From NCBI RefSeq assembly GCF_036507355.1, contig NZ_AP027877.1: a DNA stretch of 64,000 nt; one strand, given 5' to 3'. The position numbers were made by a program, and so were the translations under genes. Each line of letters opens with the position of its first letter. Within the stretch, counting starts at the first letter, position 1. This document shows, piece by piece, positions 27,225 to 37,138 of the stretch. Origin of the DNA: Escherichia coli. Lineage in GTDB: Bacteria; Pseudomonadota; Gammaproteobacteria; Enterobacterales; Enterobacteriaceae. The notes under the pieces are model-generated. The model made no database searches. It was not told the DNA's origin and saw only the letters and a program-made list of their open reading frames with translations.

Positions 27225-27647
27225 ATGAAGAAAGTAGCCGCGTTTGTTGCGCTAAGCCTGCTGATGGCGGGATGTGTAAGTAATGACAAAATTGCTGTTA
27301 CGCCAGAACAGCTACAGCATCATCGCTTTGTGCTGGAAAGCGTAAACGGTAAGCCCGTGACCAGCGATAAAAATCCGCCAGAAATCAGCTTTGGTGAAAA
27401 AATGATGATTTCCGGCAGCATGTGTAACCGCTTTAGCGGTGAAGGCAAACTGTCTAATGGTGAACTGACAGCCAAAGGGCTGGCAATGACCCGTATGATG
27501 TGCGCTAACCCGCAGCTTAATGAACTCGATAACACCATTAGCGAAATGCTGAAAGAAGGTGCACAAGTGGATCTGACCGCGAACCAGTTAACGCTGGCGA
27601 CCGCGAAACAGACATTAACTTATAAGCTGGCGGATTTAATGAATTAA
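27225..27647 (+). CDS. hslJ: Heat-inducible lipoprotein HslJ (META domain)
   Basis: Start at the internal ATG giving MKKVAAFVALSLLMAGCVSN… (lipobox); about 140 aa. Confidence 0.8.
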   Translation: MKKVAAFVALSLLMAGCVSNDKIAVTPEQLQHHRFVLESVNGKPVTSDKNPPEISFGEKMMISGSMCNRFSGEGKLSNGELTAKGLAMTRMMCANPQLNELDNTISEMLKEGAQVDLTANQLTLATAKQTLTYKLADLMN

Positions 27648-27910
27648 TAGCTGCCACAGCTCCCGGCGGCAAGTGACTGTTCGCTACAGCGTTTGCCGTT
27701 GGGTAATGCACACATCCCAATCGCCGTACCATCCAGTTGACGGGCAACAGAAAGCGAACCGCCGATCATTGCACAATTTGCTTCTCCACTACTGGACATC
27801 GACGCTTTTAAACCTGGCACTACGTGCGCCGCTGTCGCCTGCTGAACAGGCTCACTACTACACGCCGACAACAATAAAGCGGCACACCCTACCCAAAACG
27901 CTGCTCGCAT
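27644..27910 (-). CDS. ydbJ: DUF333 small lipoprotein
   Basis: 88-aa ORF with lipobox (…LLLSACSS…) and conserved Cys residues. Confidence 0.7.
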   Translation of the reverse strand: MRAAFWVGCAALLLSACSSEPVQQATAAHVVPGLKASMSSSGEANCAMIGGSLSVARQLDGTAIGMCALPNGKRCSEQSLAAGSCGSY

Positions 27911-28183
27911 CTCTTCTTCCTCTGATCTTCAAGCCAAACGACACCGCCATAAATAATAGGCAGCACAGAGGGTGGCGTCGAGAGCTGTCCTGCGCGTTGC
28001 CCCGCATTTTTACTTTTTTATGGCTATTTTTTTGCCCTCTGTTTGATCAAAACATTCATTACTCTGATGTGGGGGACACAAAAGCGAAAATGCAGAAGAA
28101 AGCCATTTGCTAAAATTGAAGGATTACTACTGGGCGCGCAGCAATTTCGTGCGCCCCTCATTTGCGCAATGTAAGGGTGTCAT

Positions 28184-31100
28184 ATGATTACTATTGACGG
28201 TAATGGCGCGGTTGCTTCGGTGGCGTTTCGCACCAGTGAAGTTATCGCCATCTACCCTATTACCCCCAGTTCCACGATGGCAGAACAGGCTGATGCCTGG
28301 GCCGGAAACGGCTTGAAGAACGTTTGGGGAGACACACCACGCGTGGTTGAAATGCAGTCGGAAGCGGGTGCTATCGCTACCGTGCATGGCGCTTTGCAGA
28401 CGGGTGCCCTTTCAACATCGTTTACGTCATCGCAGGGTTTGCTGCTGATGATCCCGACGCTGTACAAACTGGCAGGCGAACTCACACCGTTTGTCCTGCA
28501 TGTAGCGGCACGTACCGTTGCCACACATGCACTCTCTATTTTTGGCGATCATTCCGACGTCATGGCGGTGCGCCAGACGGGTTGCGCGATGTTGTGTGCG
28601 GCAAACGTCCAGGAAGCGCAAGACTTTGCTCTCATTTCGCACATCGCGACGCTGAAAAGCCGCGTGCCATTTATTCATTTCTTTGATGGTTTCCGTACGT
28701 CCCACGAAATCAATAAAATTGTCCCGCTGGCCGATGACACGATTCTTGATCTCATGCCGCAGGCCGAAATTGATGCTCATCGCGCCCGGGCGCTCAACCC
28801 GGAACATCCGGTGATCCGCGGTACGTCCGCCAATCCTGACACTTATTTCCAGTCTCGCGAAGCCACCAACCCATGGTACAACGCGGTCTATGACCATGTT
28901 GAACAGGCGATGAATGATTTCTCTGCCGCGACAGGTCGTCAGTATCAGCCGTTTGAATATTACGGGCATCCGCAAGCGGAACGGGTGATTATCCTGATGG
29001 GCTCTGCCATTGGCACCTGTGAAGAAGTGGTTGATGAATTGCTAACCCGTGGCGAAAAAGTTGGCGTGCTGAAAGTTCGCCTGTACCGTCCCTTCTCCGC
29101 CAAACACTTGCTGCAAGCTCTGCCGGGATCCGTACGCAGCGTGGCGGTACTGGACAGAACCAAAGAACCCGGTGCCCAGGCAGAACCACTCTATCTGGAT
29201 GTAATGACCGCACTGGCAGAAGCCTTTAATAATGGCGAGCGCGAAACTCTGCCCCGTGTCATTGGTGGGCGCTATGGTCTTTCATCCAAAGAATTTGGCC
29301 CGGACTGTGTACTGGCGGTATTTGCCGAGCTCAACGCGGCTAAACCGAAAGCGCGCTTTACGGTTGGTATTTACGATGATGTGACCAATCTGTCACTGCC
29401 GTTGCCGGAAAACATCCTGCCAAACTCGGCGAAACTGGAAGCCTTGTTTTATGGCCTTGGCAGTGATGGCAGCGTTTCCGCGACCAAAAACAATATCAAG
29501 ATTATCGGTAATTCCACGCCGTGGTACGCACAGGGCTATTTTGTTTACGACTCCAAAAAGGCGGGCGGCCTGACGGTTTCTCACCTTCGAGTGAGCGAAC
29601 AGCCGATTCGTTCCGCTTATCTCATTTCCCAGGCTGATTTTGTTGGCTGCCACCAGTTGCAGTTTATCGATAAATATCAGATGGCTGAGCGTTTAAAACC
29701 TGGCGGCATTTTCCTGCTCAACACGCCGTACAGCGCAGATGAAGTGTGGTCGCGCTTGCCGCAAGAAGTTCAGGCCGTGTTAAACCAGAAAAAAGCGCGC
29801 TTCTATGTGATTAACGCAGCTAAAATCGCCCGCGAATGTGGCCTGGCGGCCCGTATTAATACCGTCATGCAGATGGCTTTTTTCCATCTGACGCAAATTC
29901 TGCCTGGCGATAGCGCCCTCGCAGAATTGCAGGGTGCGATTGCCAAAAGTTACAGTAGCAAAGGTCAGGATCTGGTGGAGCGCAACTGGCAGGCTCTGGC
30001 GCTGGCACGTGAATCCGTAGAAGAAGTTCCGTTGCAACCGGTAAATCCGCACAGCGCCAATCGACCGCCAGTGGTTTCCGATGCCGCCCCTGATTTCGTG
30101 AAAACCGTAACCGCTGCGATGCTCGCCGGGCTTGGTGATGCCCTCCCCGTTTCGGCGCTGCCGCCAGACGGCACCTGGCCGATGGGCACCACTCGCTGGG
30201 AAAAACGCAATATCGCCGAAGAGATCCCCATCTGGAAAGAGGAACTCTGTACCCAATGTAACCACTGCGTCGCCGCTTGCCCACACTCAGCTATTCGCGC
30301 AAAAGTGGTACCGCCTGAAGCGATGGAAAACGCCCCTGCCAGCCTGCATTCGCTGGATGTGAAATCGCGTGATATGCGCGGGCAGAAATATGTCTTGCAG
30401 GTGGCTCCGGAAGATTGCACCGGTTGTAACCTGTGCGTCGAAGTTTGCCCGGCGAAAGACCGTCAGAATCCAGAGATTAAAGCCATCAATATGATGTCGC
30501 GCCTGGAACATGTCGAAGAAGAGAAAATCAATTACGATTTCTTCCTCAACCTGCCAGAAATCAACCGTAGCAAACTGGAACGTATTGATATTCGTACATC
30601 GCAGCTGATTACACCGCTGTTTGAATATTCCGGTGCTTGCTCCGGTTGTGGCGAGACGCCGTATATTAAATTGCTGACTCAGCTCTATGGCGACCGGATG
30701 TTGATCGCTAACGCCACCGGCTGTTCTTCAATTTATGGCGGTAACCTGCCCTCTACACCGTATACCACCGATGCCAACGGTCGTGGGCCGGCATGGGCGA
30801 ACTCTCTATTTGAAGATAATGCCGAATTTGGCCTTGGTTTCCGCCTGACGGTCGATCAACACCGTGTCCGCGTGCTGCGTCTGCTGGATCAATTTGCCGA
30901 TAAAATCCCGGCGGAATTACTGACTGCATTGAAATCAGACGCCACGCCAGAGGTTCGTCGTGAACAGGTCACAGCTTTACGCCAGCAACTCAACGATGTT
31001 GCCGAAGCACATGAACTGCTGCGTGACGCAGATGCACTGGTGGAAAAATCAATCTGGCTGATTGGTGGCGACGGCTGGGCTTACGATATCGGCTTTGGCG

Positions 31101-31708
31101 GTCTGGATCATGTATTGAGTTTGACGGAAAACGTCAACATTCTGGTGCTGGATACGCAATGCTATTCCAACACCGGTGGTCAGGCGTCGAAAGCGACACC
31201 GCTGGGTGCAGTAACTAAATTTGGCGAGCACGGCAAACGTAAAGCGCGTAAAGATCTTGGCGTCAGTATGATGATGTACGGTCATGTTTATGTGGCGCAG
31301 ATTTCTCTCGGCGCGCAACTGAACCAGACGGTGAAAGCGATTCAGGAAGCGGAAGCGTATCCGGGGCCATCGCTGATCATCGCTTATAGCCCATGTGAAG
31401 AGCATGGTTACGATCTGGCACTCAGCCATGACCAGATGCGCCAACTCACAGCTACCGGCTTCTGGCCGCTATATCGCTTCGATCCGCGTCGTGCCGATGA
31501 AGGCAAACTGCCGCTGGCGCTGGATTCACGCCCGCCGTCAGAAGCACTGGAAGAAACGTTACTTCACGAGCAACGTTTCCGTCGGCTGAATTCGCAGCAG
31601 CCAGAAGTGGCAGAACAGTTATGGAAAGATGCTGCAGCTGATTTGCAAAAACGCTATGACTTCCTGGCACAAATGGCCGGAAAAGCGGAAAAAAGCAACA
31701 CCGATTAA
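28184..31708 (+). CDS. ydbK: Pyruvate:flavodoxin/ferredoxin oxidoreductase
   Basis: 1174-aa ORF with two 4Fe-4S ferredoxin motifs (CTQCNHCVAACP, CTGCNLCVEVCP) and a TPP-binding region. Confidence 0.9.
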   Translation: MITIDGNGAVASVAFRTSEVIAIYPITPSSTMAEQADAWAGNGLKNVWGDTPRVVEMQSEAGAIATVHGALQTGALSTSFTSSQGLLLMIPTLYKLAGELTPFVLHVAARTVATHALSIFGDHSDVMAVRQTGCAMLCAANVQEAQDFALISHIATLKSRVPFIHFFDGFRTSHEINKIVPLADDTILDLMPQAEIDAHRARALNPEHPVIRGTSANPDTYFQSREATNPWYNAVYDHVEQAMNDFSAATGRQYQPFEYYGHPQAERVIILMGSAIGTCEEVVDELLTRGEKVGVLKVRLYRPFSAKHLLQALPGSVRSVAVLDRTKEPGAQAEPLYLDVMTALAEAFNNGERETLPRVIGGRYGLSSKEFGPDCVLAVFAELNAAKPKARFTVGIYDDVTNLSLPLPENILPNSAKLEALFYGLGSDGSVSATKNNIKIIGNSTPWYAQGYFVYDSKKAGGLTVSHLRVSEQPIRSAYLISQADFVGCHQLQFIDKYQMAERLKPGGIFLLNTPYSADEVWSRLPQEVQAVLNQKKARFYVINAAKIARECGLAARINTVMQMAFFHLTQILPGDSALAELQGAIAKSYSSKGQDLVERNWQALALARESVEEVPLQPVNPHSANRPPVVSDAAPDFVKTVTAAMLAGLGDALPVSALPPDGTWPMGTTRWEKRNIAEEIPIWKEELCTQCNHCVAACPHSAIRAKVVPPEAMENAPASLHSLDVKSRDMRGQKYVLQVAPEDCTGCNLCVEVCPAKDRQNPEIKAINMMSRLEHVEEEKINYDFFLNLPEINRSKLERIDIRTSQLITPLFEYSGACSGCGETPYIKLLTQLYGDRMLIANATGCSSIYGGNLPSTPYTTDANGRGPAWANSLFEDNAEFGLGFRLTVDQHRVRVLRLLDQFADKIPAELLTALKSDATPEVRREQVTALRQQLNDVAEAHELLRDADALVEKSIWLIGGDGWAYDIGFGGLDHVLSLTENVNILVLDTQCYSNTGGQASKATPLGAVTKFGEHGKRKARKDLGVSMMMYGHVYVAQISLGAQLNQTVKAIQEAEAYPGPSLIIAYSPCEEHGYDLALSHDQMRQLTATGFWPLYRFDPRRADEGKLPLALDSRPPSEALEETLLHEQRFRRLNSQQPEVAEQLWKDAAADLQKRYDFLAQMAGKAEKSNTD

Positions 31709-31737
31709 ATGCTCTGGATAAGGATTATCCAATTCTA

Positions 31738-31846
31738 AAAAAAAGCCCGGACGACTGTTCGGGCTTGTCTTTTTATATGTTGGAAAATCAGTGGCAATGC
31801 AATGGCCCAACAGAAAATAAAATCTGTGACAATAAAGGCATATAAC
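31738..31846 (-). ncRNA. micC: MicC small RNA (porin regulator), divergent from ompN
   Basis: Minus strand reads GTTATATGCCTTTATTGTCACAGATTTTATTTTCTGTTGGGCCATTGCATTGCCACTGATTTTCCAACATATAAAAAGACAAGCCCGAACAGTCGTCCGGGCTTTTTTT, matching MicC as I recall it, ending in a hairpin plus T-run. Confidence 0.8.
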
Positions 31847-32073
31847 CCGCGCAGAATAACGTATAGAAAATTAAAAGTATAATTTTTATTTTGTATGTAT
31901 TATCTTCGATACATTCACCAGACTTATTATCATTTCAGAAGAATTATTTGATTAAGGTTTTACTTAAGGCGTAACAAATGATATTTATCGGCTAACTGAA
32001 CTTCTCCTTTAGGATGTTTTCACTCCCCGAAATGGGGATAAAAGGCAAATAAAATAACTAAAGGATTTATTCA

Positions 32074-33207
32074 ATGAAAAGCAAAGTACTGGCACTTTTA
32101 ATTCCTGCCCTGCTCGCCGCAGGTGCTGCACATGCAGCCGAAGTTTATAATAAAGACGGCAACAAATTAGATCTGTATGGCAAAGTTGATGGCCTGCATT
32201 ATTTTTCAGATAATTCGGCGAAAGATGGCGACCAGAGCTATGCGCGTCTGGGTTTTAAAGGCGAAACCCAAATTAACGATCAACTTACTGGCTACGGTCA
32301 ATGGGAATACAATATTCAGGCAAACAACACTGAATCTTCAAAAAACCAGTCATGGACCCGTCTGGCATTTGCCGGACTGAAATTTGCAGATTACGGTTCT
32401 TTCGATTACGGACGTAATTATGGCGTAATGTACGACATCGAAGGCTGGACCGATATGCTGCCTGAATTTGGCGGTGACTCTTATACCAATGCAGACAACT
32501 TTATGACTGGTCGAGCCAATGGCGTCGCGACTTATCGTAATACTGATTTCTTCGGTCTGGTAAATGGTCTGAACTTCGCGGTGCAGTATCAAGGTAACAA
32601 CGAAGGAGCCAGTAATGGTCAGGAAGGCACCAACAACGGACGTGATGTTCGCCATGAAAACGGTGACGGCTGGGGTCTTTCCACAACATATGATTTAGGC
32701 ATGGGCTTTAGCGCTGGTGCGGCATACACCTCTTCTGACCGCACCAATGACCAGGTTAACCATACTGCGGCGGGTGGTGATAAAGCAGACGCGTGGACTG
32801 CTGGGCTAAAATACGATGCTAACAATATTTACCTGGCAACCATGTATTCAGAAACGCGTAATATGACCCCGTTTGGCGACAGCGATTATGCTGTTGCAAA
32901 CAAAACCCAGAACTTTGAAGTCACTGCACAGTACCAGTTTGATTTTGGTCTGCGTCCGGCAGTCTCTTTCCTGATGTCTAAAGGCCGTGACCTGCACGCT
33001 GCCGGTGGTGCAGACAACCCGGCAGGTGTTGATGATAAAGATCTGGTTAAATACGCCGATGTTGGCGCGACTTACTATTTCAATAAAAACATGTCCACTT
33101 ATGTTGACTATAAAATCAACCTGTTGGATGAAGATGACAGTTTCTACGCTGCCAACGGCATCTCTACCGATGATATTGTCGCTTTAGGTCTGGTTTATCA
33201 GTTCTAA
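32074..33207 (+). CDS. ompN: Outer membrane porin (OmpC/OmpF family)
   Basis: 377-aa ORF with signal peptide ([21 protein letters not shown]), porin beta-strand pattern and C-terminal …LVYQF. Confidence 0.85.
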   Translation: MKSKVLALLIPALLAAGAAHAAEVYNKDGNKLDLYGKVDGLHYFSDNSAKDGDQSYARLGFKGETQINDQLTGYGQWEYNIQANNTESSKNQSWTRLAFAGLKFADYGSFDYGRNYGVMYDIEGWTDMLPEFGGDSYTNADNFMTGRANGVATYRNTDFFGLVNGLNFAVQYQGNNEGASNGQEGTNNGRDVRHENGDGWGLSTTYDLGMGFSAGAAYTSSDRTNDQVNHTAAGGDKADAWTAGLKYDANNIYLATMYSETRNMTPFGDSDYAVANKTQNFEVTAQYQFDFGLRPAVSFLMSKGRDLHAAGGADNPAGVDDKDLVKYADVGATYYFNKNMSTYVDYKINLLDEDDSFYAANGISTDDIVALGLVYQF

Positions 33208-33215
33208 ATCCTCCT

Positions 33216-33240
33216 GCCCGCTGTTATGGCGGGCTTTTTC
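33216..33240 (+). terminator. Rho-independent terminator after ompN
   Basis: gcccgc-tgttatg-gcgggc followed by ttttt. Confidence 0.7.
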
Positions 33241-33266
33241 TGCTTATTCTTCCTCCTTTGATCTAA

Positions 33267-33782
<516 letters not shown>

Positions 33783-33789
33783 CACTAAC

Positions 33790-33815
33790 GCCCGCACATT
33801 GCTGCGGGCTTTTTG
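33790..33815 (+). terminator. Rho-independent terminator after uspF
   Basis: gcccgcacattgctgcgggc followed by ttttt. Confidence 0.7.
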
Positions 33816-33957
33816 ATTCATTTCGCAAATGTGCTGACATTTTCCCCTCTAATCCGTACCATACACGCCACAGTTTTTATATCAGATTTCTTATGCTGGG
33901 CGTTCCGGCATGACGCATACTCTTCTGATGCCATATAACGAATTGAGTCGCTTTTAA

Positions 33958-34010
33958 ATGTCGCAAAATCAAGAAATTAGCAAGAAAGAACAATACAACC
34001 TGAACAAGTA
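33958..34010 (+). pseudogene. ttcC: ttcA 5' remnant (ttcC-like) at the int-distal prophage junction
   Basis: atgtcgcaaaatcaagaaattagcaagaaagaacaatacaacctgaacaag ([17 protein letters not shown]) parallels the start of ttcA at 45115 and contains the shared att core. Confidence 0.65.
33982..34007. repeat. Prophage att core, int-distal copy (direct repeat of 45140..45165)
   Basis: About 26 bp, aagaaagaacaatacaacctgaacaa, occurs again within the start of ttcA next to intR. Confidence 0.75.
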
Positions 34011-34248
34011 AGGGCAAAAATCACAACTATCTGACTCATAAGTGTTTTACTTATTTTTCAATGTGTTAAACATCATCAGCGAGAACAATAAACTACGATA
34101 ATCAACTCTTTTTTTGCCCCTTTTTTGCCCCTTTTGCAGCGTTTTGCCCCATTTTTGCCACAAAAAAAAATTCCAAAACGTCTCAATCAAAGTCAAACCA
34201 ACCGCAGCACGTTCTTGCTTAAGACGTGCTGCGGCATAATCCCAATGA

Positions 34249-34833
34249 TTACTCCCTGACAGGGTTCGTAGGCCACTCAATATCAGGTGCAGTTGATGTA
34301 TCAACACGGTTCAGCAACACCCGATACTTTTTCCAGGCTTCCAGCAATGAGGTTTCTTCCTCCGTTGCGATTTCCAGATCCACAGCATCCTGAAGTGGCG
34401 CAATATGCTCACTGGCTACCTGCATCAGGCTGTTTTTTGTTTCTTCCGCCTCTCGGATCCGGAACAGTTTTTCTGCTTCTGCATCTTTCACCCAGGCTGT
34501 GCCGTTCCACTTCTGAAACTCCCCTTCCGGCGATAACCAGGTAACATTTTCCGGTAACGGACCGAGTTCAGAAATAAATAACGCGTCCCCTGACGCTACG
34601 TCATAAACCGTTTTACCCCGATGGTCTTCAACGAGATGCCACGATGCCTCATCACTGTTGAAAACAGCCACGAAGCCTGCCGGAATATCTGGCGGTGCAA
34701 TATCGGTACTGTTTGCTGGCAGACCTGTATGAGGCGGAATATATGCATCACCTTCACCAATAAATTCATTAGTTCCGGCCAGCAGATTATAAATTTTTAT
34801 GGTCCGTGGTTGTTCACTCATTCTGAATGCCAT
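34249..34833 (-). CDS. tfaR: Phage tail fibre assembly protein
   Basis: 194-aa ORF directly downstream of the tail-fibre remnant; Tfa-like sequence; prophage context. Confidence 0.7.
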   Translation of the reverse strand: MAFRMSEQPRTIKIYNLLAGTNEFIGEGDAYIPPHTGLPANSTDIAPPDIPAGFVAVFNSDEASWHLVEDHRGKTVYDVASGDALFISELGPLPENVTWLSPEGEFQKWNGTAWVKDAEAEKLFRIREAEETKNSLMQVASEHIAPLQDAVDLEIATEEETSLLEAWKKYRVLLNRVDTSTAPDIEWPTNPVRE

Positions 34834-35737
34834 TATGCAAGCCTCACAATGTAGTTAAATGCGATGTTTTTGACGGTGTTTTCCGCGTTACCCGCAGCGT
34901 TAACGGTGATGGTGTGTCCATGTGAGCCAATCGAAACAGAGTGCGTATGAGCACCAATTCCGACAGTATGTGCGTGAGCACCTGCAGATGCAGCTGTGCC
35001 GCTGACACTATGAGTGTGCGCTCCTGCAGCACTTGTATTCACACTGGCCGCAGACACAACCTTATGTACTGACCCATTTTGTGACTACTGGCTGACTGCT
35101 GATGCGCCTGTGACACTATGAGTATGGTTTCCGGCACTTGCGGCTGTACCGCTCACACTGTGTGTATGTGCCCCGGTGTTATTCGTAGATTTAGTGCCGT
35201 AATCAAACGACGATGTGGTTTTCGTACCCAAATCCGTACTGGATGCGCTGGCGCTGTGGGTGTGCGATTTAATACCGTCCTGTTCCTGAGACAATACGGC
35301 CCGACCACTGGCAGGTTTGCCCTTAATCGTCCAGCCACGCATATCAGGGATCACGCCTGACGGATAAGCGGCTGCAAGTTTCGGGTAAGCAGATTTGTCA
35401 AAAGTTTGCCCCTGCATCAGGGCATAGCCAGACGGAACGGTATCTGATGGCCACGGGATTGGTGCACCGACTGGATAAAACTCTGCAGGAGGATGAGCTG
35501 AGGTGTAAAGCTGCGCCCACGGCGACCAGTTTGCGTCGGTCGTATCCCGTCGTGAACGAATAAATGCCGGAGCATGAGCACCGCTTGTACCACTCCAGCC
35601 GATGAGTAACTCACCTTCGCCAACGGCTGTCATCCCTTTCAGGTGAATGATATTTCCATACGCTGTTGGATATCCGTTGTTATACACCTCGTATAACTCA
35701 AGACCTGTTGCCCCCTGCGTATTGTCTGTCAGCGCGG
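34833..35737 (-). pseudogene. stfR: Side tail fibre gene, C-terminal remnant with an internal frame break
   Basis: Two ORFs (35085..35687 and 34833..35057) in different frames with G-A-H-T-H-S-V-S-G-type repeats typical of tail-fibre C-termini; the N-terminal about 800 codons are absent. Confidence 0.65.
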
Positions 35738-36238
35738 TTAGCCGCCATTGTCACCAAGAAAATCCCCGCCCTGCGACATAGCGATGGAAAGAGCAGGTAT
35801 TGATTCGTAGTACGCCAGCATTTCAGAAAGGATCGCATCCAGTTTCCTTATCGGAAAATAGGCCTGGTCATAGTTGCGATCCACCCGAAACTGGAACTCG
35901 TGATAATCATCATCGAGCTGAATGAAGTATTTACACCCGACCAGTTTTGCCTGGTCGAAACAGGCATTACGGGCGTAAAAAATTGAGCGGCGGTCACAGA
36001 AATTATCGGCTTCGTCAAAACGACTGGCGATATCGGCTTTGGAAAACACCAGCACCTGTTCACCAAATTCAGCCATGTACTGATGCCGTGTCTTATCTTC
36101 ATCATCAACAACGATAAAAATTTTCCCGGTATAGCCAGCACGACGCAACGTCCGGTAAGTCAGAACTTTGTCCGGTCGCCCGTGAGTCAGAATAAAGGCG
36201 CAAAAATCATCACGCATATTCCTCCTCCTCACCACCAT
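35738..36238 (-). CDS. Prophage hypothetical protein (ydaY-like); possible nucleotide-sugar transferase-like N-terminal fold
   Basis: 166-aa ORF overlapping the upstream gene by 29 nt; motifs …IFIVVDDED… and …QLDDDY… resemble GT-A/DxD signatures (eyeball inference); abuts the tail-fibre deletion junction. Confidence 0.45.
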   Translation of the reverse strand: MVVRRRNMRDDFCAFILTHGRPDKVLTYRTLRRAGYTGKIFIVVDDEDKTRHQYMAEFGEQVLVFSKADIASRFDEADNFCDRRSIFYARNACFDQAKLVGCKYFIQLDDDYHEFQFRVDRNYDQAYFPIRKLDAILSEMLAYYESIPALSIAMSQGGDFLGDNGG

Positions 36239-37001
36239 GCATGATCTCCACCATGCGCTGCGTCATCCGGACAAATCCATTTTCAATAGCCTGCTGATAA
36301 TCAATGATCACCAGCGCCGACTCCTCGAAAAAACACTGAATTTCAGCGGGGGCGTGAGCGTAATAGTCCGCAATTCTGCTGAAATTAAACACCGTGTGAC
36401 GTTCTGCCGCACACAGGAGGAATTTCTCAATATCAGGCTCAAGGGACGCCGAACGTATCCGGCTGATCAGCTCCTGAGTTTTCGTATCGTCGTACAGTTC
36501 ACTGATATCCGGTTTACCGCCCGACGGCTCATAAACAGGCGTATCAATTTTCGTCGTATACGGCTCCTCCTCATTTCCTGTACCGGGCAAAACATCCGTC
36601 AACAGTTCATCAATTTCTGTCGGGATGAAGCCTGTCAGGGAGACATCAAAATCAGCATTGATTAGGTCCGACAGCTCCATCCGCAACAGATCTTCATCCC
36701 AGCCAGCATTCATCGGCAGGCGATTATCTGCCAGGCGGTACGCCTTTTTCTGCTCATCCGTCAGGCCAGACAGAACAATGACCGGAACAGAATCCATTTT
36801 GAGCATTTCAGCCGCCATAACACGACCGTGACCCGCAATAATTTCGCCCTTTTCGTCAATCAGCACCGGATTAGTCCAGCCGAATTGCTTAATACTTTCT
36901 ACCAGTTGTGCCACCTGCTCAGTACTGTGCGTCCTGGCGTTGTGCGCATACGGTGACAATTCTTGTAATGGGCGATAGACTATCTTTAATTTCTCGCTCA
37001 T
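36210..37001 (-). CDS. ParB-like nuclease (ParB N-terminal) domain protein, prophage-encoded (ynaK-like)
   Basis: 263-aa ORF; N-terminus …YRPLQELSPYAHNARTH…LVESIKQFGWTNPVLID…IIAGHGRVMAA…VPVIVL…AYRLADNRL matches the ParB/Srx-fold signature. Confidence 0.6.
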   Translation of the reverse strand: MSEKLKIVYRPLQELSPYAHNARTHSTEQVAQLVESIKQFGWTNPVLIDEKGEIIAGHGRVMAAEMLKMDSVPVIVLSGLTDEQKKAYRLADNRLPMNAGWDEDLLRMELSDLINADFDVSLTGFIPTEIDELLTDVLPGTGNEEEPYTTKIDTPVYEPSGGKPDISELYDDTKTQELISRIRSASLEPDIEKFLLCAAERHTVFNFSRIADYYAHAPAEIQCFFEESALVIIDYQQAIENGFVRMTQRMVEIMHGGEEEEYA

Positions 37002-37138
37002 ACAGCCTTGCTTTATGAATAAAACGCACCCCAGCAGCCAGTGCTACTGGGGACGGAGGTGTTGCTGGTAAAGTTAGGTATTGGATCAATGAGTGAGTCA
37101 ACATAATATTAAACTCACAATTATAAATCAGCCATATA

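Noticed and set aside
28252-30511. Multiple minus-strand ORFs (74-182 aa) inside ydbK
   Set aside because: Antisense to the 1174-aa oxidoreductase ORF; no independent support.
34108-34160. Short tandem TTTGCCCC repeats considered as a CRISPR-like array
   Set aside because: Units are about 10 bp with no spacers and no cas genes; better explained as integrase arm-type sites or a simple repeat.
34199-34236. Inverted repeat accgcagcacgt…acgtgctgcgg considered as a terminator
   Set aside because: No adjacent T-run on either strand; may be a structural or binding element, but cannot be called a terminator from sequence alone.
34833-35687. His-rich GAHTHSVSG repeats, considered as a possible metal-binding repeat protein or novel repeat array
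   Set aside because: Context (tfa directly downstream, prophage) and composition fit the C-terminal repeats of a side tail fibre, here frame-broken.
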